Below are positions 15,654 through 24,414 of a stretch of DNA of 24,987 nucleotides, in pieces (positions within the stretch are counted from its first letter, which is position 1; each line of letters begins with the position of its first letter). The notes beneath the pieces are model-generated. The model was not told where the DNA came from and did not search any database. It saw nothing but the letters and a program-made list of their open reading frames with translations. This DNA comes from Candidatus Hodarchaeota archaeon (GTDB lineage Archaea; Asgardarchaeota; Heimdallarchaeia; Hodarchaeales; Hodarchaeaceae). The stretch is from assembly GCA_029856365.1 (NCBI GenBank), contig JAHQWW010000053.1, positions 1-24,987 of the forward strand, read 5' to 3'. A program made the position numbers and the translations under genes.

Positions 15654-18425
15654 TTAACCAACTACGATTGGCAAAGAGCGAGCAGCAACTTTAGCTTGAG
15701 CTAATTTAATAAGATCTAAAATAACAATGCCAATAATAACGATAATAAAGATCATTAACCAATGCTCAAGCGACAAGGCTACAAAACCAAAAATCTGTGC
15801 CAATGGTTCAACATACACAATGAAGAGATGCAGTATGAACGCTGAAAACACAGCTGCCAATAGATAGAAGTTATTAAAAGCATTTGTTAAGAACACACTC
15901 TTTCCATCAGAAGCTCGTGAAACAAAGACTTGAAATAACTCAAAAACGACAGAAACTGTTAAAGCTAGAGTTCTAGCAAGTGCCAGTGTTTCAGGATTTT
16001 CTAAAGCAGTTGGATCAAATTGTAAAAAGAAAAGCATAGTTGCTGCGAACGAAATAATCCCTGCAGCTAATGAAAAGACAAGAATTTCCCCAAACATATC
16101 ACTTCTTCGTCCTCTAGGCTTTCGTTTCATAACTTCAGGATCTCCAGGATCTATCGAAAGAGCAAGTGCTGGAAGACCATCTGTTAATAAGTTGATCCAC
16201 AAAATGCCCAATGCTAAATAGGGAGAAGGAAGTCTGAGTAAGACAGTCGCTGTGAAGACCACCAGGATTTCATCAAAGTTTGAGCTTAATAAATATCGAA
16301 TGAATTTTTTCATGTTATCATAGATTGTACGGCCTTCTTCTATAGCTGATACTATCGTTGCAAAGTTGTCATCCATGAGTACCATATCACTTGCTTCACG
16401 TGCAACATCCGTACCAGTTATTCCCATGGCTACACCAATGTCAGCTTTCTTTAGTGCTGGAGCATCGTTGACTCCATCACCTGTCATGGCAACAACTGAA
16501 CCAAACTCATCTTGGAGAGTTTCTACTATTCTACGTTTAATTCCAGGTGAAGCACGGGCACAAACATCTAAATCTTTCAAAACTTCAATGAACTCTTCAT
16601 CACTCATCGCTTCAAGCTCTGCTGAAGTGTGTGCCAAATAAAAAGTGTCTTCGTATGGTTTCAGATCTAATGATTTGGCAATAGCTAAAGCAGTGTCTAT
16701 TTGATCCCCAGTAATCATAATTATTCGAATTCCTGCATTTTTACACTTTCTAATAGCTTCCTCAACTTCCAACCTTGGAGGATCAATCATACCGATTAGA
16801 CTAATGAATGTCATATTAGTTTCGACGATATCTTCAGTGAAATCGGTCAAATCATTTGACAAATTTCTTTGAGCAAGTCCTAAAACACGATAAGCTTGAC
16901 TTCCCAGTTCTTTGTTTGCATCAACAATTTCCTCACGCATTTTCTCATCAAGTGGAACCACAGTATCTCCCATTAGAATATGAGAACAATAATTTAAGAC
17001 AATAAGAGGTGATCCTTTCATGAATGCCCAGGTTTCTTCTAAATCTGGTCTTTTTCGACTATAGATCATTGTCATACGTTTACGATCACTATCAAAGAAT
17101 ATTTCACCGTCTTTCTTCAATTCGTATCCCGCTTCCCATCTATTCATGAGTGCAGCTTTCATGGCGGTCACAATAAGTGCACCTTCTGTTGGATCTCCTT
17201 CACAGGTCCATTCATTTGTCTTTGAAGAATAATTAACTGCAGATGTATTACATAATGCACCTGTCTTTATTGCCTGATAAAGGTCTTTTTTTTCTCGGAC
17301 ATCTAATCTTGTTTTTTCTTTCAGGTGAATAAAATTTCCTCGTGGTAAATATCCTGTACCAGTCACCTCAACAAATCCTAATGCGGATGTCCAAATTCTT
17401 TGAACTGTCATTTTGTTCTGGGTGAGGGTTCCAGTCTTATCTGTGCATATAACTTCCACAGATCCTAAAGTTTCAACTGCAGGTAATTTTCTTATTATCG
17501 CCTTTTTTCTAGCCATTCGTTGTACGCCAATAGCTAGTGTTAATGTAATAGCTGCAGCTAATCCTTCAGGGACAGCTGAGACGGCAAGTGCAATGGCTGT
17601 CTCTACTACTTCAATCAAACTTTCTTCAATTCTTCCTAGTTGAGCTATTACTACAATACAAACAACTACTAAAACAATAACACCAAGAACCTTACCTAAC
17701 CTAGATAATTGGATTTGTAAAGGTGTTTCCTGCTCTTCAGCTTCAATTGTCGAAAGAGCAATTTTCCCCATTTCAGTTTTCATACCAGTATTTATGACGA
17801 TTGCTTTTCCTCTCCCCTTAACAGTTGTCGTACCCATGTAAGCAGTATTTGTTCTATCAGCAATTGGAATCCTTTCGTTTTGTATGGGGGTGGTTATCTT
17901 ATCGACGGGTACTGATTCTCCGGTAAGAAGGCCCTCCTCTACTCTAAGACGACTGGCTTCAAAGATCCGTCCATCAGCAGCAATAATCTCTCCCTCATAC
18001 ATCATCAAAATATCTCCAGGAACAAGATCACGTACATCAACACGTGTTTCCCTCCCATCTCTAATCACTAAAGTGTCATCTCCTGTTAATTCCTTTAATT
18101 TTTCTAAGGCTGCCTCCGCCCGATATTCCTGAATAAACCCTAGAACTCCATTTAGTAATACAATGATCACAATTATCAATGCTTCAATATATTCACCAAA
18201 AAGGAGAGAAACCAGAGTAGCCCCGAGAAGCAAATACACAATAAAATCCTTAAATTGAAGAATAAACATTTTAAACGGAGAAATTTTTTCCCCTGATATT
18301 AATTCATTTGGACCATATTCAGTTAATCGTCGTTGAACTTCTTCTGTAGATAGTCCGTTTTCGAGATTTGTGTTAACGTTTTTTGTCAGAGTTTCAATAG
18401 TTAATGAATGAAAAGGACGTTCCAT
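15654..18425 (-). CDS. P2A-type (SERCA-like) cation/Ca2+-transporting P-type ATPase
   Basis: TGES, AVSAVPEGL, CTDKTGTLT, KGSP, DPPR, MITGD, MTGDGVNDAPALKKADIG, SSNFDE, WINLLTDGLPA, VFELF. Start is ATG 18425 or TTG 18437. Confidence 0.95.
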   Translation of the reverse strand: MERPFHSLTIETLTKNVNTNLENGLSTEEVQRRLTEYGPNELISGEKISPFKMFILQFKDFIVYLLLGATLVSLLFGEYIEALIIVIIVLLNGVLGFIQEYRAEAALEKLKELTGDDTLVIRDGRETRVDVRDLVPGDILMMYEGEIIAADGRIFEASRLRVEEGLLTGESVPVDKITTPIQNERIPIADRTNTAYMGTTTVKGRGKAIVINTGMKTEMGKIALSTIEAEEQETPLQIQLSRLGKVLGVIVLVVVCIVVIAQLGRIEESLIEVVETAIALAVSAVPEGLAAAITLTLAIGVQRMARKKAIIRKLPAVETLGSVEVICTDKTGTLTQNKMTVQRIWTSALGFVEVTGTGYLPRGNFIHLKEKTRLDVREKKDLYQAIKTGALCNTSAVNYSSKTNEWTCEGDPTEGALIVTAMKAALMNRWEAGYELKKDGEIFFDSDRKRMTMIYSRKRPDLEETWAFMKGSPLIVLNYCSHILMGDTVVPLDEKMREEIVDANKELGSQAYRVLGLAQRNLSNDLTDFTEDIVETNMTFISLIGMIDPPRLEVEEAIRKCKNAGIRIIMITGDQIDTALAIAKSLDLKPYEDTFYLAHTSAELEAMSDEEFIEVLKDLDVCARASPGIKRRIVETLQDEFGSVVAMTGDGVNDAPALKKADIGVAMGITGTDVAREASDMVLMDDNFATIVSAIEEGRTIYDNMKKFIRYLLSSNFDEILVVFTATVLLRLPSPYLALGILWINLLTDGLPALALSIDPGDPEVMKRKPRGRRSDMFGEILVFSLAAGIISFAATMLFFLQFDPTALENPETLALARTLALTVSVVFELFQVFVSRASDGKSVFLTNAFNNFYLLAAVFSAFILHLFIVYVEPLAQIFGFVALSLEHWLMIFIIVIIGIVILDLIKLAQAKVAARSLPIVVG

Positions 18426-18592
18426 AACTCGTACCAACTATTTTTGGGCTTTTTTCTTATTCTTCTTAAAAAATTTGATTGTTCAATAACAAATCTTTAG
18501 GATAAATTGGTTTTTAAAGGCTATTTTCAGAGAAAAAATCCTTTTTTGAAATTGCTAAATGATGTATAGAACCACCAAGAAGGGTGCTATAG

Positions 18593-18988
18593 TTGAAAGT
18601 AGTGCATTTGAAAACCAAAAATCGCTCTGAATTATTAGATATTACTCAAAATATTAATAAAATGATTCCTAAAGATTTAGATGTCGGAATTTGTATTGTT
18701 TATATCCCTCATACCACTGCAGGAGTTACAATCAATGAAGGGGCTGACCCAAGTGTTCAACAAGATATTCTCAATCAATTAAATCAGCTTGTACCCTGGG
18801 ATCAATCTTTATTTCGTCATCTTGAAGGTAATTCAGCAGCTCACATTAAAGCCTCATTAGTGGGGAGCTCTGTAACTATTTTGGTGGAAAACAGTCACTT
18901 ACAGTTAGGAACATGGCAAAAGATCTTTTTTGCGGAATTTGATGGTCCACGCCATAGGAAAGTATTTCTAACTTTTATTCACAAATGA
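18593..18988 (+). CDS. yjbQ: YjbQ/UPF0047 family protein (secondary thiamine-phosphate synthase)
   Basis: PHTTAGVTINE, HLEGNSAAHIKASL, LGTWQKIFFAEFDGPR. TTG start after GGTG. Confidence 0.93.
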   Translation: MKVVHLKTKNRSELLDITQNINKMIPKDLDVGICIVYIPHTTAGVTINEGADPSVQQDILNQLNQLVPWDQSLFRHLEGNSAAHIKASLVGSSVTILVENSHLQLGTWQKIFFAEFDGPRHRKVFLTFIHK

Positions 18989-19055
18989 TATACAGTTCTT
19001 CAGAAATATTGCTTGAAAAAGTTAATTAGATATTGATTACTTTATAAAAAGAATC

Positions 19056-19071
19056 GAAACATTTTTTTATC
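19056..19071 (+). promoter_or_regulatory. BRE-TATA-like promoter for the 19143 gene and acyl-CoA dehydrogenase
   Basis: GAAACATTTTTTTATC about 70 nt upstream of the ATG. Confidence 0.4.
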
Positions 19072-19142
19072 TAAGAACGCTAAGAATTAAACCAGTATTT
19101 CAAGTTTTAAAGATCTAAGAAAGGTTTAGGAATGGAATTGAT

Positions 19143-19430
19143 ATGTCACTCCGCGAATTACTAACTGACAATATAGAAGAATTCCCAGTCGGGAAAACAA
19201 TAAAGGTTGTTGCGGCTAAACGTCTAGCAAAAACTGCCTCTTGGCTTAAAGCCATTTGTTTGGTTGAAACAGGTGGAGACAAACACCAAATTCGATTATA
19301 CGGTTGGCAAAAAAATAAAGCGGGTGAATGGAAAGTTAGGCAAAAGTTCAACATATCAAAGGGTTATGCAGATAAGCTTGCGCAGATTTGCCACGCGTTT
19401 AGCGAATTCAAAGAAACCTCATCTGAATGA
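19143..19430 (+). CDS. Small basic hypothetical protein, possibly PC4/YdbC-like ssDNA-binding fold
   Basis: Clean ORF filling a coding gap. Pattern is several beta-strands then one C-terminal helix: WLKAICLV...IRLYGWQKNKAGEWK..QKFNISKGYADKLAQI. Confidence that it is coding is higher than confidence in the fold call. Confidence 0.6.
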   Translation: MSLRELLTDNIEEFPVGKTIKVVAAKRLAKTASWLKAICLVETGGDKHQIRLYGWQKNKAGEWKVRQKFNISKGYADKLAQICHAFSEFKETSSE

Positions 19431-19478
19431 TCAACAAAAAGATGGTAATCTGATTTTATATAAGGATGGTTTCTATCT

Positions 19479-20711
19479 ATGAAAGATTTACTACAGATTT
19501 TTGCTACATTTGGATATAATGAGGAAGAAACTGAACAGAATGAGATGGTTCTTGATCTCATGGATGAATTGTGTAAAAAAGAAATTGAACCATATGCCCA
19601 AGAAATGGATGAGATAGGCTGTAAATTCGAAGTTGAAACAGGAAAGATTATTTATCCAGAACAAACATACAAAATTGTTAAAAAACTGGGAGAAAATGAT
19701 TTAATGGGATTAGCTATCCCCGAAGAGTTTGAAGGAGTGGGACTATCTTTCACATTGACTAACGCATGTTATGAGCGGATTTCACGTGCTGATGCAGGAA
19801 CCTCGTTACTTTTTGGCCTACAAAACTCGTCGTATGATGTTATTGAGACATTTGGTACAGATGAAGCCAAGGAATATTACTTACCTAAATTAGCAAGTGG
19901 ACAACTGATTGGTGGTCTTCTTTTCACAGAACCTGGTGCAGGGTCTGATTTAGGAGCATTAAAAACAAAAGTAGTTGAAGAAGGAGACCATTATGTCGTC
20001 AATGGAACGAAGAATTTCATCTCAAATGCAGGTATTGCTAATACATATCTCTTTCTAGGTTCTACCTCTCCAGAAAAAGGTTCCAGAGGATTAACAGCAT
20101 TTATCATTGAGACAGAAAACAATCCAGGATTTAAGATAACACGGATAGAAGAGAAATTAGGCCTTCATAGTAATGCTACAGCAGAAGTCTTACTTGATGG
20201 GGCTGTTATTCCTAAAAGAAATGTTTTAGGGGAAATCGATCGTGGTTTTAGTGTCGTTTTATATGAATTGTCAGCAGCAAGAATTGGGATTGGAGCTCAA
20301 GCTGTTGGTATTGCTGATGCTGCTTATAGAAAAGCAGCAACATATGTTAAAACTAGAAAACAGTTTGGTAAACCAATTGAAAGTTTTCAAGCTACTCAGT
20401 GGAAGCTTGCTGACCTTTACACAAAGATCCATACAGCACGACTAGCATACCTATCTGCAGCTCGAATGAAGGATCTGAAACAAGACTTCTCTGAGTACGC
20501 TTCAATCGCGAAACTTTATGGCTCAGAAATTACTCAAGAAGTCACCACTGAAGCAATTCAAATGCATGGTGGATATGGGTATATCAAGGAATATGATGTC
20601 GAACGATATTATCGCGATGCCAGGATTACACCTATATATGAAGGTACGAATGAGGTACAGCGAATTGTGATTTCTCGTGCAGAAATGGCAAAGGATTATG
20701 CTCCAGAATAG
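19479..20711 (+). CDS. Acyl-CoA dehydrogenase (short/medium-chain type)
   Basis: FTEPGAGSD, NGTKNFISN, KLGLHSN, ARIGIGAQAVG, RKQFGKPI, QMHGGYGY, IYEGTNEVQ (catalytic Glu). Confidence 0.95.
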   Translation: MKDLLQIFATFGYNEEETEQNEMVLDLMDELCKKEIEPYAQEMDEIGCKFEVETGKIIYPEQTYKIVKKLGENDLMGLAIPEEFEGVGLSFTLTNACYERISRADAGTSLLFGLQNSSYDVIETFGTDEAKEYYLPKLASGQLIGGLLFTEPGAGSDLGALKTKVVEEGDHYVVNGTKNFISNAGIANTYLFLGSTSPEKGSRGLTAFIIETENNPGFKITRIEEKLGLHSNATAEVLLDGAVIPKRNVLGEIDRGFSVVLYELSAARIGIGAQAVGIADAAYRKAATYVKTRKQFGKPIESFQATQWKLADLYTKIHTARLAYLSAARMKDLKQDFSEYASIAKLYGSEITQEVTTEAIQMHGGYGYIKEYDVERYYRDARITPIYEGTNEVQRIVISRAEMAKDYAPE

Positions 20712-20727
20712 GAAAAAATCTTCCCAA

Positions 20728-20743
20728 TTTTTCTTTTTTTCTT
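20728..20743 (+). terminator. Oligo-T terminator after the acyl-CoA dehydrogenase
   Basis: TTTTTCTTTTTTTCTT shortly after the stop codon. Confidence 0.55.
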
Positions 20744-20979
20744 CTGCTATAGAATTAAACCAGCAATGATAAGTTTGTCTTTTAAAAATTCATGTCAAGT
20801 CATTCTTTTACGATATGTTAATACTTCTGGATTTTTAAGTAAGGTGAGACTCATCATTGAATCAGACTTGTAATAGAAATGGCTCTAGTTCACGTTGATT
20901 TTCCCAGTTCAAAGATATGACAATTTATTTTGAAAACTTACTTTAAAAAATAGAAATAGTCAGATTTGATGTTTTAACT

Positions 20980-21741
20980 ATGTTATCTGCGGCTATAGAA
21001 AATGGAACTACTGGTAAATGGTACGGTAGAATAATTGAATTTCCTGGTACAATTGCAAAAGCTAACTCTAGGGGAGAATTGTTACAAAATCTCGAGTCGG
21101 AAGTTAATGAGTATATCTTATGGTTAAAACACTATAACGAAGAGATTTCAATATCCATTCATGAAAAAATTATTATAAAAGAAGAAGTCTTTAATGTCAC
21201 GCGACTTGGGGAATCTGGAGGAACTGTAGCTCTTTTTGAATTCGATAAACAACCCGTTACATCAAAAAGATTGCGTTATTATTTGAAATTAATGGAATTT
21301 TCTCGGCAATCTTTATTAGAACTCATTAGTAAAATACCTCTAGATAAACTATCTGAGCAGTTACCTAATAGTAAACGAACTACTACTCAAATATTAATAC
21401 ATATTGCTAATGCTGAAGAGTGGTATAAATCTAGATTAGGAAAAGAAGCAGATATTCAATATGAAAAGTATATTGGAATGTCTATTGATCGTCTCGATAA
21501 GAAACCAGTTCTTGAGCGACTTGAACATGTAAGAAGAGGCTGCATTTATGTATTGAAAAATCTGAGTGTTCAAAAAGGAGCCAAAATCTTCACGCGAGAT
21601 GCTTATACTAACTATCCGAAAGAACAATGGTCCTTCAACAAAGTTTTACGACGTTTCATTGAACACGAACGAGAACATTTCTATTCAATTAGAAAATGGA
21701 TGAAAGAGAGTAAAAATAGGTTTCCAAAACCATCAACTTAA
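20980..21741 (+). CDS. DinB/YfiT-family protein with N-terminal HicB-like domain
   Basis: N-terminal WYGRIIEFPGTIAKANSRGELLQNL (HicB-type x-PG-x motif plus helix). C-terminal four-helix DinB signature TTQILIHIANAEEWY...WSFNKVLRRFIEHEREH with a His triad. Confidence 0.75.
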   Translation: MLSAAIENGTTGKWYGRIIEFPGTIAKANSRGELLQNLESEVNEYILWLKHYNEEISISIHEKIIIKEEVFNVTRLGESGGTVALFEFDKQPVTSKRLRYYLKLMEFSRQSLLELISKIPLDKLSEQLPNSKRTTTQILIHIANAEEWYKSRLGKEADIQYEKYIGMSIDRLDKKPVLERLEHVRRGCIYVLKNLSVQKGAKIFTRDAYTNYPKEQWSFNKVLRRFIEHEREHFYSIRKWMKESKNRFPKPST

Positions 21742-21748
21742 TGGCTTT

Positions 21749-22300
21749 TCAATCCCCTTTTTCTTCTTTGATTGTACTCTGAAGATTTTTCTCATATATT
21801 TGATAATCTGAAATACTGAATAAAACATAGTGAACTTCTATAATAGAAGTCAATGGTAGATTCTCAACTACTGTTGAAAGAGCTATTTTTGAGGCTCGTT
21901 CTATTGGGAATCGATACACGCCAGTAGAAATAGACGGAAAAGCGATCGTTCTGGCACCATATTTTTCCGCAAGAAGGAGTGAATGCCGATAACAACTCGC
22001 TAATAACCGTTCTTCATCCTGCTGTCCCCCTCGCCAAATTGGTCCTGGTGTATGTATCACGTACTTGGCAGCCATACGACCTGCTGTTGTTATTCGAGCC
22101 TCTCCCGTTTTACAGCCCTCGGGATATTTCTTGATACATTCATGTAAGATTTCGGATCCTCCTGCTCGATGAATAGCTCCGTCAACACCTCCACCGCCAC
22201 GAAGGGATGTATTAGCCGCATTGACAATTACATCTGTTTCTTCCTTTGTAATATCTCCTCGAACTAACCGAATAATCACTGATCCAATCTTTTTTTCCAA
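21749..22300 (-). CDS. ymdB: MacroD-type macrodomain protein (O-acetyl-ADP-ribose deacetylase / ADP-ribosyl hydrolase, YmdB-like)
   Basis: GDIT, VIVNAAN, GGGGVDGAIH, VIHTPGP, AFPSISTGVY. TTG start. Confidence 0.93.
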   Translation of the reverse strand: MEKKIGSVIIRLVRGDITKEETDVIVNAANTSLRGGGGVDGAIHRAGGSEILHECIKKYPEGCKTGEARITTAGRMAAKYVIHTPGPIWRGGQQDEERLLASCYRHSLLLAEKYGARTIAFPSISTGVYRFPIERASKIALSTVVENLPLTSIIEVHYVLFSISDYQIYEKNLQSTIKEEKGD

Positions 22301-22348
22301 AATTATCCCTTTTTAAGTGAAGAATGAGCTTGGGATAGCCAACGGTGG

Positions 22349-23350
22349 TTATTCTGTAAGCCTTACTCGTCGTGCTGCTTCATCAAATGTAATAATGCCC
22401 ATATCTCGGAAGTGACGAATGATTTGTTGGACAGTATAAGTAGCGATCCCTGTCATTGCTGCAAGATCATCAACAGTGACCTGTTCCATACCCATCAGAT
22501 GACTTAAGATTCTCCCAGACTCACTTTCACTGAGGAATGTCTTAATGGCTTTTGATGTCTCTATAGATCGTTTTGTATCTTCCGTCATCGTTTGAATTTG
22601 AGATTTCGCTCTATCAAGTTCGTAAATCTTCATTTCATTTTCTTCTTTAAGTCGTTTAAGTTCTAATTTCAACTCTTCAGCTTCAATTTTCCTCTTTTGC
22701 AACTCTTCAATAGTTTCATTCTTTTCTTTCATTTCTACTTCATATTGTTCAAGTAAACTTGCAGATTTTTCTATTTCTTTTAGTTTCTTCTCTATTTCTT
22801 CTTGTAAGGAAGCAATCCGCTGTTGAGCTAAATTATCCCTTTCAATAGCCAACTTTTCTTTTTCCTTTAACTGAGTCACTAATTCCTCATATTTTCGGCT
22901 CATAATTTCCTCTTTTTCAACCGCGATATTCCTACCTTGCCGGAGCTCTTCTAATACTTTCACATACTGTTCTCGAAAGCCTTCAATTTGCTCATTGACA
23001 GCAAAAGACCAATTACTTGAGTTCTGATCGAGTTTTTCAAGTCGTGTACTTAAATCTAAAATTTGATTATTTAATTCTAAACCTAACCTCTCCAAGGAAC
23101 CACGAACTTCCTCGAGCGTATTTTTAAACTCCTTGGATGCTTGAGTTCGAATTTCTACACTTCGATTTTCCAATGTTTGGGATAACTCACTTTGGCGCAG
23201 CGCTGATCCCTCTAAATGTTTTTCAATAGCTGCTATTCTTTCTGCTAAATCGTGTGTCACTTCACCGAGTCGTGTTTCAATTTGATTGATATCTTTGGAA
23301 ACTTTTTCTTGTAACAATTCGAGCTCAGAGGGTTTTTTCCTTCTTAACAT
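22349..23350 (-). CDS. Long coiled-coil protein with C-terminal winged helix-turn-helix domain
   Basis: About 265 aa of E/K/L/Q-rich heptads, then GRILSHL..MEQVTVDDLAAMTGIATYTVQQIIRHFRDMGIITFD...VRL. ATG 23350 follows GGAGTG SD. Confidence 0.75.
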   Translation of the reverse strand: MLRRKKPSELELLQEKVSKDINQIETRLGEVTHDLAERIAAIEKHLEGSALRQSELSQTLENRSVEIRTQASKEFKNTLEEVRGSLERLGLELNNQILDLSTRLEKLDQNSSNWSFAVNEQIEGFREQYVKVLEELRQGRNIAVEKEEIMSRKYEELVTQLKEKEKLAIERDNLAQQRIASLQEEIEKKLKEIEKSASLLEQYEVEMKEKNETIEELQKRKIEAEELKLELKRLKEENEMKIYELDRAKSQIQTMTEDTKRSIETSKAIKTFLSESESGRILSHLMGMEQVTVDDLAAMTGIATYTVQQIIRHFRDMGIITFDEAARRVRLTE

Positions 23351-23385
23351 ATAAAACACTCCACTTAAGAATAATTACTATACTA

Positions 23386-23398
23386 GTTAAAAGGTTTC
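23386..23398 (-). promoter_or_regulatory. BRE-TATA promoter of the coiled-coil/wHTH gene
   Basis: Minus strand GAAACCTTTTAAC, nearly identical to the histone promoter core AAACCTTTTAA. Confidence 0.55.
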
Positions 23399-23770
23399 AT
23401 ATTATTTTCACAAAATTCAATCATTATAGGGATTTTACCATTGATTCAAAATAGTATTGAGTATTCAAGATAAAATTCTTTTTATATAAGTTCTCTTAAA
23501 AAAACAAGAGACGTTTTGAAAACGCTTATTGGAAACTAAAAAGCGTATCCAGCTAATATTTCAGTGGTTTAGAACGCTTGAATTGCCAAGAAAGGAGTAT
23601 ATCGCTTAATTTTCAGGTTTAAACATATAATATTTAAAAATAATTATCTATTGAGCTTAAGAAGAAAGAAGTACTTCCTTGGATCTATTTAAGTTCTTGA
23701 AGGGCTTAGAGAAACAATTAATCTCCTATAAATGTTATTAAGGAGTTGTTTGACATAATAAAAAGTGTTT

Positions 23771-24193
23771 TCAAGCTCTAAAAACCACTTTGAAAGAGAT
23801 ATATTTCATACCATCAATTGTACGGAGTTTCTTTAGCAATAAACGAATATTCTGAATGGAGTCATTAATTATTAAATTCTCTAAACATTCTCTTTTTTTC
23901 AAATGAAAATGCGTTGAAAAGACTACATTGGATTGATGTTGAATTTCTAAGAATTTTCGAATTGTTTCTTGGTCATTATGGTCATAAACAACTGAAATTA
24001 TCACTGTTATCTCCTTACTACTGTCTGTAACATTGTCAAGAACCTCCTCTGATTCAAAAAAGCTCTGAAGCGCATCTCTTATCATCTGTGAGGTACTTTG
24101 GTATCCAAAATCGTTAACTTTGGTTGCAATAAGATTTTTAAACCTAGGCTCACAGGAAAAAGTGATAGTCTCACGAATGCCTTTTTTATTCAT
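23771..24193 (-). CDS. nikR: NikR-family nickel-responsive regulator (ribbon-helix-helix plus ACT-like domain)
   Basis: ETITFS strand, GYQSTSQMIRDAL helix, VVYDH, and IQH...STHFHL...CLE matching E. coli NikR ligands H76/H87/H89/C95. Start is ATG 24193 or TTG 24208. Confidence 0.85.
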   Translation of the reverse strand: MNKKGIRETITFSCEPRFKNLIATKVNDFGYQSTSQMIRDALQSFFESEEVLDNVTDSSKEITVIISVVYDHNDQETIRKFLEIQHQSNVVFSTHFHLKKRECLENLIINDSIQNIRLLLKKLRTIDGMKYISFKVVFRA

Positions 24194-24249
24194 TTTTAAT
24201 CTTTCCAAAACTTCTTTACGTCTTGATTTCTAACTATGATTTTCCTAAA

Positions 24250-24414
24250 TCAGAAATCTTTGAATTCTTGTTTGATAAATTCATTAAAAGTTGAAAAATC
24301 TCCTTTAATTTTCCCTTGTTTCATTAATAAAATTCTATCAGCAATTTTCATAATATCAAAATCATGGGAAACAACGATAACTGTTCTTTTCTTAGAAATC
24401 GAGTGGTTTATAAC
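24250..24414 (-). pseudogene. C-terminal relic of an ABC transporter ATPase
   Basis: Manual translation: VINHSISKKRTVIVVSHDFDIMKIADRILLMKQGKIKGDFSTFNEFIKQEFKDF*. Contains the H-loop (VVSHD) and ADRILLMxxGKI. In-frame TAA upstream at 24417-24415; no Walker A/B or signature motif. Confidence 0.75.

Noticed and set aside
140-18132. Antisense or overlapping ORFs in the track (140-595, 2538-2753, 4665-4856, 4928-5140, 6369-6593, 6878-7096, 7046-7306, 7874-8056, 11740-12000, 13514-13867, 14618-14860, 15200-15424, 16366-16641, 17413-17643, 17884-18132)
   Set aside because: They lie within or largely overlap well-supported genes, have no recognisable motifs, and show typical shadow-frame composition.
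19115-21627. Small overlapping ORFs 19115-19354, 19264-19482, 19364-19561, 20242-20445, 21436-21627
   Set aside because: Alternative frames or antisense to better-supported genes.
22349-23350. SMC/Rad50 ATPase or ESCRT-III assignment for the coiled-coil protein
   Set aside because: No Walker motifs, hinge or CxxC hook, and no Snf7-type pattern that I can recognise. Coiled-coil similarity is non-specific.
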